Assembly (NCBI RefSeq): GCF_006345805.1
Contig: NC_043006.1
Span: forward strand, 72,354,001 to 72,418,000
DNA from: Octopus sinensis
Taxonomy: Eukaryota
Reading direction: 5' to 3'
Length of the DNA: 64,000 nt
Under the pieces are notes generated by a model. The model was not told the DNA's origin, ran no database searches, and saw only the letters and a list, made by a program, of their open reading frames with translations. Position numbers and translations under genes: made by a program. Shown here piece by piece: positions 1 through 10,329 of this stretch. Within the stretch, counting starts at the first letter, position 1, and the number at the start of each line of letters is the position of its first letter.

Positions 1-214
1 CTTGATTTTTAAGAAGTCGCTACTAGATACTTATGAAATCTTTGTTGACCAGTTAGACATCAGTTTACCTGGAAAGAAACAATGCAGTTATAAATAAGAA
101 TGGATGAAATTACTGCAAGCATAATATCACAGCTCTAGCGTCACTCCTTCATAGTTAGCCTACAAACTTTCCAGCCCACCCTCATGTCATCATCATCGTT
201 TAATGCCTCTTAGT

Positions 215-995
215 TAAAACCGTCAAAAACTTGTTTACTTTTATGTTTTTGATTTATTATTAGTGTTGCTTGGTCTGTTTTGCTAAAATTGCTGTTTCTT
301 TTCAGATATCATCAGACAAAGGTAATTGAAATTCATTAAAATGACAGATCTATCAGACTTTCAAAGAGGTCAAATTGTTGATGTTCATATGGCAGGTGAT
401 AGCATAACGAAAACAGCCGAAATGTTTGGTGTATCAAGAAGTACAGTCTCGAAAGTAATGACAGCCTTTGAGAAAGCGGGAAAAACCTCCTCGTCGAAAT
501 ATAAAACTCCCAAAGAAAACCAAGACTTTCAGATAGGGACTGTTGGACTCTTATGCGAATTGTTAGAAAGGATCACAAGAGTACTCTCTCTCTTTCTTTC
601 GGAGAGGCACTGAGCAGCTATACGCACACATACACACACGGCAGTAACTTCCACCTACCAAATTCAATCACAAAGCTCCGGTCGGCTCGGGGCTATAGTG
701 GAAGACACCTACCCAAAACCATGTAGCTAGGAAGCAAGCTCCCTAACCACACAGCCATGCCCATGCCTACAGCTCCCAAAATTACTGCAGAGCTTAATGA
801 TCACCTCAAGGCCCCAGTTTCCACAAAAACTGTTTGCCAGGAGCTGCACAAAGCTGGATTTCACAGGAGGGCTGCAATTAGAAAACCACTGCTTTCAAAA
901 ACAAACGTTGCAATGTATTTAGAGTGGAGTAAAAACCTACAGAATTGGTTCCTCGAGCAGTGGAAGAATGTTATTTTCTCGGACGAGTCATCTTT
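215..995 (+). mobile_element. Truncated DD36E/Incomer-type Tc1/mariner copy (5' half), interrupted by a SINE
   Basis: Near-identical to 3005-3595. Encodes MTDLSDFQRGQIV...GVSRSTVSKVM (paired-like HTH) and ...KPLLSKTN...WKNVIFSDESSF (first catalytic D). Lacks the left TIR and everything after DESSF. Confidence 0.9.
585..767 (-). mobile_element. tRNA-derived SINE (family A), partial, inserted in the Tc1 copy
   Basis: Absent from the sister copy (GTACAGCTCC at about 3371); flanked by a duplicated TAC; head reads GGCTGTGTGGTTAGGGAGCTTGCTTCC on the minus strand. Confidence 0.8.
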
Positions 996-1520
996 CCAAG
1001 TTTAGGAACTTTTCCAAGCTGTTGAAGTTGATGATAAACAGTTGTATGGTTTGAACTAAGCTTTATTGCCAATTCTTCAACTGAGAATGCAGGATTTTCT
1101 TCAAGTAATGCCTCAAGGAGCTTATCATCAAACTCAATTGGATGTCCCATTCGATCTTCATCTTCAAGGCTGAAATCTCCACTTCTGAACTTTGCAAACC
1201 ATCTTCTGCAAGTTCTTTCGTTCAAGCATTCTTTCCCATGAACTGAGTGTATGTTTCAAGTCACTTCAGCTGCAAAGTTTCCTTTTTTGTACTCATAAAG
1301 CATTATGTGCCTTAAATGCTCTTTGAATACTTCCATGTTAGAAAGGGTTTTAATCAAAGAAATTCTAATTCTATTATCCTGTAAAGTAATATTTAATTAG
1401 TTTAAATGTACACAAATGCATAAAAATAATTTTTAATTCCATTAGACATTCTAAAATACTATTAAAATTCAGTCAATTTTAAAAAAGGTAAAATCGGACA
1501 GAACTTATGGGATGACCTGA
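993..1520 (-). mobile_element. mariner 5' half (TIR plus decayed transposase N-terminus)
   Basis: TIR TCAGGTCATCCCATAAGTTCTGTCCGATTTTACC ends at 1520 with TA at 1521-1522. ATG at 1336 gives MEVFKEHLRHIMLYEYKKG...*...NERTCRRWFAKFRSGDFSLEDEDR.GHP...LGKVPKLGK, a mariner HTH region cut just before WVPHEL. Confidence 0.9.
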
Positions 1521-1880
1521 TAGCTATGGGATTAGCACACAGCAGGAGAAATCTTCAGAGGAAGAACTCATTTCAAACAAGTGTTTTGGCCAGCTAATTA
1601 GTGACATGCTAAATAAGCTGGACCCACCTAGGTAGAGACCCCCAGCTATCCTCCAGCAATTATTTAAATGCCACCTTTAGTAGGGACTGAACTTGAAACT
1701 TTTGTGTGAGCTTATTGCTCAGCCAAACAGACTACCACATATAAATGTATTATATAATATATATATAAAGCATATATGTATTATCTAATATATATAATAC
1801 ACACATATGTATTTATATATATACATACATACATACATACAACATGTTTATATAAACATGTTATAGGCAAAGGTGTTGAT

Positions 1881-2050
1881 AGGTGCAGTTGTGGTTATAT
1901 ATCTGTATTGTAAGAAATTTGCTTCCCAGCTAAATAGTTCTGGATTTAGTCCCTCTGCATGACACCCTGGACAAGACTTCTTCTATAGCCTGGGCTGACC
2001 AACACTTCATGAGTGGGTTTGGTAGACAGAAACTGAAAGGAACTCATCAT
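1881..2050 (+). mobile_element. SINE family A, 5' part
   Basis: Decayed tRNA-like head plus ...CTTCTATAGCCTGGGCTGACC...GGTAGACAGAAACTG; matches 15572-15965. Confidence 0.7.
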
Positions 2051-2293
2051 ATCAAGCTGAGCAAAATCGCAGTCATGACAAATGCTGGTGGCACACAAAA
2101 GCACCCTGATGTCACACAAACGGCACATAAAAGCACCCATTACACTCTTGGAGTGGTTGGCATTAGGAAGGGCATCCAGTGGTAGAGAACCATGCCAAGC
2201 AGACGGGAGTCTGATGCAGCCCTCCAGTGTGCCAGCCTAGTCAAACCGTTCAGTCCATGCCAGCATGGACATCAGGCATTAAATGATGATGAT
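2050..2293 (+). mobile_element. RTE-LINE 3' UTR/tail element (family C)
   Basis: GGTTGGCATTAGGAAGGGCATCCAG...CCATGCCAGCATGG...TTAAATGATGATGAT; the same tail follows RTE ORF ends at 16.0-16.5, 41.9-42.7 and 47.2-47.8 kb. Confidence 0.8.
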
Positions 2294-2520
2294 ACATACA
2301 TATATCTGTGTGCGAGTGTGTGTGTGTGTGTGTGTGTGTCTGTCTGTTTGTGTGTGCACACTTTTGAGTGATAGCTGTAAATGAGCGTTATTGTCATTCA
2401 TTTCTAATATTCAAATCATAACATCTTGCTTGGAAACAAATGACAGTTGGTGTCAGAAAGAGCATCCAGCCATAGAAAACTATCTAACTATGATGATGAT
2501 ATAACACAGACAGATATACC

Positions 2521-2723
2521 CTCTCCTTTACTGTGACTGTGACCATGCTGGAGCACCGCCTTTAGTCAAGCAAATCAACCCCAGGACTTATTCTCTGTAA
2601 GCTTAGTACTTATTCTATCGGTCTCTTTTGCCGAACTGCTAAGTTACGGGGACATAAACACACCAGCATTGGTTGTCAAGCGATGTTGGGGGGACAAACA
2701 CAGACACACAAACGTATACACAC

Positions 2724-2756
<33 letters not shown>

Positions 2757-2905
2757 CATACATACGATGGGCTTCTTTCAGTTTCCATCTACCAAATCCA
2801 CTCACAAGGCTTTGGTCGACCTGATGCTATAGTAGAAGACACTTGCCTAAGGTACCACGCAGTGGGACTGAACCCGGAACCATGTGGTTCATAAGCAAGC
2901 CACTC
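2521..2905 (-). mobile_element. SINE family A
   Basis: Reverse complement of the 15572-15965 unit: tRNA-like head, CCTTGGGCAAGT-type motif, internal (TA)/(CA) microsatellite, conserved 3' part. Confidence 0.85.
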
Positions 2906-2950
2906 ATTTTATAATTGTTTTATATGTATATTATGTGTGTGTTATATATA

Positions 2951-4209
2951 CAGGAATTGGACAAAATAATGGAAACACCTAGCATCATAATTTTGAAATA
3001 TCTATAAAACCATCAAAACCTTGTTTACTTATATGTTTTTGATTTATTATTAGTGTTGCTTAGTCTGTTTTGCTAAAATTGCTGTTTCTTTTCAGATATC
3101 ATCAGACAAAGGTAATTGAAATTCATTAAAATGACAGATCTATCAGACTTTCAAAGAGGTCAAATTGTTGGTGTTCATATGGCAGGCGATAGCATAACGA
3201 AAACAGCCGAAATGTTTGGTGTATCAAGAAGTACAGTCTCGAAAGTAATGACAGCCTTTGAGAAAGAGGGAAAAACCTCCTCGTCGAAAAATAAAACTCC
3301 CAAAGAAAACCAAAACTTTCAGATAGGGACTGTTGGACTCTTATGCGAATTGTTAGAAAGGATCACGAAAGTACAGCTCCCAAAATTACAGCAGAGCTTA
3401 ATGATCACCTCAAGGCCCCAGTTTCCACAAAAACTGTTTGCCGGGAGCTGCACAAAGCTGGATTTCACAGGAGGGCTGCAATCAGAAAACCACTACTTTC
3501 AAAACAAACGTTGCAATGTGTTTAGAGTAAAAACCTACAAAACTGGTTCTTAGAGCAGTGGAAGAATGTTATTTTCTTGGACGAGTCATCTTTTGCCCTA
3601 TTTCCAATCACCAGCAGAGTACACGTGTGGAGACAGCCAAAAGAAGCATTTAACCCAGACTGTCTTCTTCTAACTTTTAAATATGGAGGAGGATCTGTGA
3701 TGATCTGGGGGGCTATATCTTGGAAATCTGCTGGCCCAATTTGTTTCCTTTCATGGCAGAATTAATAGTGAAGACTATTTAAGCATTTTATCTGAACAAA
3801 TTCATCTTATGGTTGCAGAACTGTTTCTGAAGGGAAACACACTCTTTCAGGATGATAATGCACCAATTCACACAGCTAAAGTTGTTACTGAATGACACGA
3901 GGAACATTCTAGTGAAGTTGAACATCTTATCTGGCCACCACAGACCCCAGATCTCAATATTATTGAACATTTATGGTGTATTTTAGAAAAACAAGTAAGA
4001 AGTTGATATCCTCCACCATTATCACTACAAGACCTGGAGACTTTTAGCTGAAGAATGGACAAAAATTCTTTTGGAAATAATTCAAACTTTGTACAAGTCC
4101 ATACCATGTAGAATTCAAGCTGTAATTACTGCCAAAGGTGGTCTTACTCCATATTAAAATGAATTTGTTAGAAATTTTAAGGTGTTTCCATTATTTTGTC
4201 CAACACCTG
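2951..4209 (+). mobile_element. Full-length (1259 bp) decayed Tc1/mariner transposon, DD36E (Incomer-type)
   Basis: 29-bp TIRs CAGGAATTGGACAAAATAATGGAAACACC (2951-2979) and GGTGTTTCCATTATTTTGTCCAACACCTG (4181-4209), TA on both sides. Transposase runs from ATG 3131 to TAA 4157 with FLDESSF, FQDDNAPIH, WPPQTPDLNIIEHLW and a C-terminal KGGLTPY. Confidence 0.95.
3131..4157 (+). pseudogene. DD36E transposase pseudogene (frameshifts and stops)
   Basis: Manual translation gives 36 residues between the second catalytic D (QD-D-NAPIH) and the E of NIIE. W>stop at 3893-3895 and several frameshifts. Confidence 0.9.
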
Positions 4210-4215
4210 TATATA

Positions 4216-4424
4216 TTCCTTTTATTCGTGTTACTGTCATTTGACTGCAGCCATTCTGGAGCACCACCTTTAGTCAAACAAATCGATCTCAGGACTTATT
4301 CATTGTAAGCCTAGTACTTATTCTATTGGTCTCTTTTGCTGAACTACTAAGTTACAGTGACATAAACACATCAACATTGGTGTCAAACGACGGTGGGGGT
4401 ACAAACACAATCACACACGTTTAT

Positions 4425-4457
<33 letters not shown>

Positions 4458-4655
4458 TATATATTATATATACAAATATATATATATATACACAACAGGC
4501 TTCTTTAAGTTTCCACCTACGAAATCCACTCACAAGGCTTTGGTCTGCCCGAAGCTATAGTAGAAGACACTTGCCCAAGGTGCCACACAGTGGAACTGAA
4601 CCCGGAACCATATGGTTGGTGAGCAAGCTTCTTACCACACAGCCACTCCTGCACC
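4216..4655 (-). mobile_element. SINE family A
   Basis: Full unit in reverse orientation with an internal (TA)n expansion. Confidence 0.85.
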
Positions 4656-4795
4656 CATATATATATATATATAATTTTTATTTGGAACAGTGGATTTTGA
4701 AGCACATAAAGCTATAAATAACAGCATATAAATATGGGGGTCCAAAAACAATTATCTCACATATTTTTAAAAGTTTATAAATCAACAATATATAT

Positions 4796-5300
4796 GTCTA
4801 TATATGGTTATGTAAATGATCTAATTAGCAGTGGAGAAGGATGTTCTGAAATTATAGCTGCTAGAATAAGAAGGTGGCTGGAGTAAGGTTTTTATCTCAG
4901 ACTGAAAGGTAGATTGTATAATGTGTGAACTGCAATGCAACATGGTCCATGAATAAAGAGTAATTGCAAAGGCTGTGGGAAAACAAAGCTAGAATGTTCC
5001 ATGTGGTGTGACATGTGTGCATGAATAACAAAGTACAAATGTGTTAAGAGAAAAATCGGGCATAAGAGGAATCAGATATAGTGTCCATTGGTAAGGACAA
5101 GTAATGAGTATGGATGAGGCAAGACGTAGAGAGAAGTGATGGTTACTTAAGGTGAAATGGAACTTGTAGAAGAGAGAGAACCAGGAAGACATCGGATGAA
5201 ATAGTGAAGGCTGATCTGATGACTTTGAAATTCATGGAGGAGATGACAAAGGCCCAAGATGACTCGACATATGCAGTGCTTAAGATGACCCACCCATTTT
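4796..5300 (+). mobile_element. RTE-clade LINE ORF C-terminal fragment
   Basis: Decayed translation resembles YL.DLISSG.GCSE.IAARIRRGW...LRLKGRLYN...GQVM.MDE...; similar to 41.9-42.3 kb. Confidence 0.7.
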
Positions 5301-5349
5301 GGTAATACTGAGATTCTGGAAACATTGTGTATATGTATGTGTTCATATG

Positions 5350-5525
5350 ATAGATCGTTAGCTCCTACACGCATTTTTTTCTGTGTATCTTTCTGTCGAA
5401 GAGCGTAGGCTTGAAACGCAAAAGACTTTTTCTATTTCTGTTCCTGAGTGCTATACTAATACATTTGTTTGTTTGTACTCCACCTGCCTTTGTCTTTTGT
5501 TTATTTTTGTAAACTTTCCCTTTAT
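5350..5525 (+). mobile_element. Penelope-like pseudo-LTR remnant carrying a minimal hammerhead-like motif
   Basis: Contains TCTTT-CTGTCGA-A-GAGC-GTAG-GCTT-GAAA-CGC-A-AAAGA (5388-5425), followed by T-rich sequence. Confidence 0.55.
5388..5425 (+). ncRNA. Minimal type-I hammerhead ribozyme-like motif (C3:G8; A6>U; U16.1>C)
   Basis: Helix I TCTTT/AAAGA, stem II GAGC/GCTT, GAAA, ACG(C) where palindromic ACGT is expected. Confidence 0.55.
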
Positions 5526-5552
5526 ATATATATATACATACACACAAACGAA

Positions 5553-5850
5553 GGCGCATAGACTAGTGGTTAGGTGTTACACTTACGATCTAGTAATTGT
5601 GGTTTCAATTCTTATATCAGGTGGTACATTGTGTACTTGAGCAAAACACTTCGTCTCATGTTGCTCTACAATCACTTCGACACCTGATGTATAGTAAATC
5701 ATACACCTGTTCAATGACAATTTGATGGAAAAAGTGAGCTAATTGTCGCATGAACATCTGATCACTATAAAAACAAATCATTTGTGCAGGTTGTCTGGCA
5801 AAAGCTGAATGTTCATACGTCATATTCAATGGGAGAGTCCGTCATATATT
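5553..5850 (+). mobile_element. tRNA-derived SINE (family D), decayed
   Basis: GGCGCATAGACTAGTGGTTAGG (A-box-like)...GGTTTCAATTC (B-box-like), then GTGTACTTGAGCAAAACACTT, a typical SINE central motif. Confidence 0.6.
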
Positions 5851-5874
5851 TACGTATGTATGTATTCACAAAGA

Positions 5875-7487
5875 CAGGGTGTTCCAAAAATGTATACACA
5901 CTTTAACAGCTGTTACCTCAGTCTTCATTGCTTTTTAGATTCAAACTATTATAAATAATGAAGAGAGCCAGATTAAGTTTTGAACAAAGGAAATTTCTCC
6001 TGAAGAGCTACTGGAAGTTTGAAAACACAACTGAAGTGCAAAGGCAGTTTAGGAGAGAGTTTCAAACACATCTACTTACGTGACTTACCACCTCTTGAAT
6101 TAGAAATATATCTGAAGCAGACAGAATTGTTTAGAATGTCTACAAGAAATATTCTGGAAGACTTTGGACACTGATGAGCCTCACGAAGCAAGAAAGAGTA
6201 GACTGGAATTGTATTACAAGAGTTTTGCAAGTGTTCAAGAAAATCTGTGCAGCCTGTGAGTTGTGAGACAGGAATTTCAAAATTAAGTGTACATCACATT
6301 TTAAAGCACTGTCTTTAGAAAAGTTACATTCTAAGAATAGTCCATGCTCTCAATGAAGATGATCTAGACCATAAAATGGAATTTTGCAAGCAATACTTGG
6401 CAGGATGTGAAGAAGATGCACACTTTCCAACAAAGTGAGTCTGGAGTGATGAGGCTACATTTAAATTAAGTGGCTCAATTAACCACCTCAGCTGCACCTA
6501 CTAGGGACCTAAGAATCTGCATATTACGGAGGAACTACATGTTAATTTACCAGAAGTCAAAGTAAGGTGCAAGACAACTGAACATTTTATTATTTTTTTT
6601 AAGTACTATGACTAACCCTACTTATTTGAACTGATTGTGACAACCTGTCATGCCAAGCATTTAAGAGGACTTTGAAGATGGAATATTGGGTGCTTCTCAC
6701 AACCATAGTAGTGAGAAGTCTACTTTGATGAGATTTTGACAAACAGGTGGACTGGATGATGAGGTTCAGTAGAATACTGTCCATGTTTACAGTACCTTTT
6801 TTTTTTTTATGAAGATCATTATTATCATTTAACATCCGCTTTCCATGCTAGCATGGGTTGGACGATTTGACAGAGGACTGGCGAACCAGGCTCCAATCTT
6901 GATCTGGCAGTTTCTACAGCTGGATGCCCTTCCTAACGCCAACCACTCCGAGAGTGTAGTGGGTGCTTTTACATTCTACCTGCACAGGAGCCAGTCAAGT
7001 GGCACTGGAAATGACCTCGCTCGATTGTATTTTCATGTGCCAGTAAGGCGACGCTGGTAATGATCATGCTCAAATGGGGCTCTTTACATGCCACCAGCAC
7101 GGAAGCCAGTTAGCCGCTCAGGCAATGTTCACGCTTGAATGGTACTCTTAGTGCTCCACTAGCATGGATACCAGTCATCGAATTTGATTTCAATTTAAAA
7201 GATAAAGATTACAGTAAAAAATCAGCAAGAGTTGACTAATTGAAGCCAGCTACTGAATGAGAATATGCACAAATACAGAATGTAATGTTTCTTGATGTTT
7301 GCAATTTCATTGTTTTGCTTTATCAGTGGTGCCTGTACAACAGCAGTCATCAGTTTTAAAAGTGATGTTCATAAAAAATTAATTGAATTCTGTCTGTAGA
7401 TTCAATTAAATTTTGAAAATGAAATCTAGTTTAACAAACGCTGACTTTAATAATTCAATGTGTATATACATTTTTGGGAACATCCTG
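5875..7487 (+). mobile_element. Decayed Tc1/mariner element of rosa (DD41D-like) type, interrupted by a family C insertion
   Basis: TIRs CAGGGTGTTCCAAAAATGTATACAC / GTGTATATACATTTTTGGGAACATCCTG followed by TA. ORF remnant from ATG 5958: MKRARLSFEQRKFLLKSYWKFENTTEVQRQFRREF, then VWSDEATFKLSGSINH, VNLPEVKV and YFDEILTNRW.G..GSVEY. Confidence 0.8.
6815..7192 (-). mobile_element. RTE-tail element (family C)
   Basis: TTTAACATCCGCTTTCCATGCTAGCATGGGTTGGACG...CTGGATGCCCTTCCTAACGCCAACC. Confidence 0.85.
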
Positions 7488-7494
7488 TATATAT

Positions 7495-7653
7495 AAATTA
7501 TAAATATAATTAAGGGTTTAGCAACAAGTTGCTTCACCACATACTGAAAATTTAGAAATAGCAGCCAAAGACAGCTAATTTGGCTGCTATTTCTAAATTT
7601 TCAGTATGTGTTGAAGCAACTTGTTGCTAAACCCTTAATTATATTTATAATTA
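7495..7653. repeat. Near-perfect inverted repeat (about 75-bp arms, 9-nt loop)
   Basis: ...TAAGGGTTTAGCAACAAGTTGCTTCACCACATACTGAAAATTTAGAAATAGCAGCCAAA-GACAGCTAA-TTTGGCTGCTATTTCTAAATTTTCAGTATGTGTTGAAGCAACTTGTTGCTAAACCCTTA...; about one mismatch. Confidence 0.95.
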
Positions 7654-7768
7654 TATATAAAAAAAGCTTTTTGTATAAGTTTTTACTGATAATGGTTTTT
7701 TTTCCATATCAAAACTTCTTGGTAAAATTTATTAATTATCAAATTAATAATTCTTTACCCTATATCAG

Positions 7769-7808
<40 letters not shown>

Positions 7809-8804
7809 AACTGTGCACCTTGACCAATTTCCTCAAGCCTTTCTCACCATCCATCATCTCCTTCTATCCCTGACCTCTCCATTAACTTCATAGTAATTAA
7901 ATGAGAGAAAATTCATCCTCCTCCTCCTCTGTGATGTCACTTACATTTCTCACTTGCTGGAACCACTTCGCATGCTATCCATTCATAATTCTTAATATTA
8001 TCCCTCTCCACTCACATTTTACACTGATCTTACTTCTTCTGTACAACCAAATCATTTTTTCTTCTCGACCACCATATATCTTTCACTCTGCCTCTCCCCA
8101 ACTCTCATGCAACCTACACAAGCACAAGTCATCTCCTTCATCCTTTCCTTGTCTATTGCATCATTATTACCATTCTGCTACTCTTCACCTACTTTTGTAC
8201 CATCAATCATCACCTCATCTCTATATGTTCCCCCACATAACATACTCATTATCAATCACCCCCACACACTTGTCCACTATTCACTACTTCCTCCCCTACA
8301 TCCTACAAAATATCTAATCATCGCCTACACATCCCTCCATATATTTATCATCAACCACACCTAAACTCTTGTTCTTCATCATATTTAGTCCCTCACCCAC
8401 TCCATACTCTTGCAACTACTAACCACATTCACTTTGTCACCACATGTCTATTCGCCTTATATATTATATAATAATGTAATGTGAATTTATATATATATCC
8501 ATATAACATGCATATATATATATATGTATGTATGTGTGTATGTATGCAGCATATAAAAATATATGAATATATATTTTATTATTTCCCAGAACACCCACAA
8601 GATGTATCTTTAAACAAATATTAAAACTTCATATATGTGTGTGTGTGTGTGTGTGTGTAAATAAAATATATTTGTAAACATATTAATATACATAATATAT
8701 ATTTGGCATACAAACATTCATAGATATAGATACACACAAACATATCTATCTCTCTCTATATATATATCATTCATAGATAGCTATATATATATATACATAT
8801 ATAT

Positions 8805-9213
8805 TCTTTTACTCTTTTACTTGTTTCAGTCATTTGACTGTGGTCATGCTGGAGCACTACCTTTAGTTGAGCAAATCGACCCCAGGACTTATTCTTTGTA
8901 AGCCTAGTACTTATTCTATCAGTCGCTCTTGCCGAACCGCTAAGTTACGAGGACGTAAACACATCAGCATCGGTTATCAAGTGATTTGGGGGGGACAAAC
9001 ACAGACACTCAAACATATACACATGCATACATATATATATACATATATACGATGGGCTTCTTTCAGTTTCCATCTACTAAATCCACTCACAAGGCTTTGG
9101 TCGGCCCGAGGGTATAGTAGAAGACACTCATCCAAGGTGCCACACAGTGGGACTGAACCCGGAATCATGTAGTTGGTAAGCAAGCTACTTACCACACAGC
9201 CACTCCTGCGCCT
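8805..9213 (-). mobile_element. SINE family A, full length
   Basis: Head AGGCGCAGGAGTGGCTGTGTGGTAAGTAGCTTGCTTACCAAC on the minus strand; complete 3' part. Confidence 0.9.
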
Positions 9214-9310
9214 TGGATTAACTTTATATATATATACATACGTATACTTAAACACACACATGCTTGCACACACACACACATCGTTAATAAAAACTGCTCA
9301 TAAGCTAAGC

Positions 9311-9540
9311 GAAATTTAGCTCCCCCACATTTTCCTGACTAGAATATTAACTTTATTTCGCCATTTCTCAAGCTGGTAATGTCAACATGGTAGGTTAGCA
9401 ACTCCGTGGGAGTTGAATGATGTTTAAACATCAATTAACTCATACCGAGTTGCTAATCCATCATATTGACATTACCAGCTTGTGAAATGGCGAAATAGAT
9501 TTAATATTCTGGCAAGAAAGCTGTAGGGCACTGAATTTCA
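9311..9540. mobile_element. Fold-back element (about 115-bp arms, no spacer)
   Basis: Centre GATGTTT|AAACATC at 9425/9426; arms share TATTTCGCCATTTC.CAAGCTGGTAATGTCAA and its complement. Confidence 0.85.
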
Positions 9541-9754
9541 CATGCTTTTTGTGCAATTTTTATTTTCACGCTCTTGACTGACTGTTATGTTACTTGTTGA
9601 ACTTCATACCACATGTGTATATACATATATATAAATCCAAATTGAGGACTTACTATGGGCTGCTTGAAGTTTATAAACCTCCTGCACTTAGATACTTGGA
9701 TCTTATAATTACATATCAATATACATACATACATACATATATGTATATATATAT

Positions 9755-10160
9755 ATCATCATCATCATCGTTTAACGTCTGCTTTCCATGCTAGCATGGG
9801 TTGGACGATTTGACTGAGGGCTGGCGAACCAGATGGCTGCACCAAGCTTCAATCTTGATCTGGCAGAGTTTCTACAGCTGGATGCCCTTCCTAACGCCAA
9901 CCACTCTGAGAGTGTAGCGGGTGCTTTTACATGCCACCAGCACGGGGCCAGTCAGGCGGTACTGGCAACGACCTCGCTCAAATCTTTTACACATGCCACT
10001 GGCACAGGTGCCAGTAAGGCAATGCTGGTAATGATCACGCTTGAATGGTGCCTTTTACGTGCCACCGGCACGGAGGCCAGTTAGCTACTTTAGCAACGAT
10101 CACGCTTGGATGGTGCTCTTAACACCCTACTAGCATGGGGCTCGAGTGCGAGTAAGGTGA
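9755..10160 (-). mobile_element. RTE-tail element (family C)
   Basis: CATCATCATCGTTTAACGTCTGCTTTCCATGCTAGCATGGG...CTGGATGCCCTTCCTAACGCC. Confidence 0.85.
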
Positions 10161-10329
10161 CATATATATATATATATATATATATACACTTTATTTGTGG
10201 GTTAACAAGGCAAGCAATGGTTTTATGTGGAGAGATCTTCACAATTGTCCAAGCATACCACATGGAAATATTGGTACTCATCTCTATTTTGGATGAGGAT
10301 ACTGATAGTAGCATATGTGAGAGAGAGAG

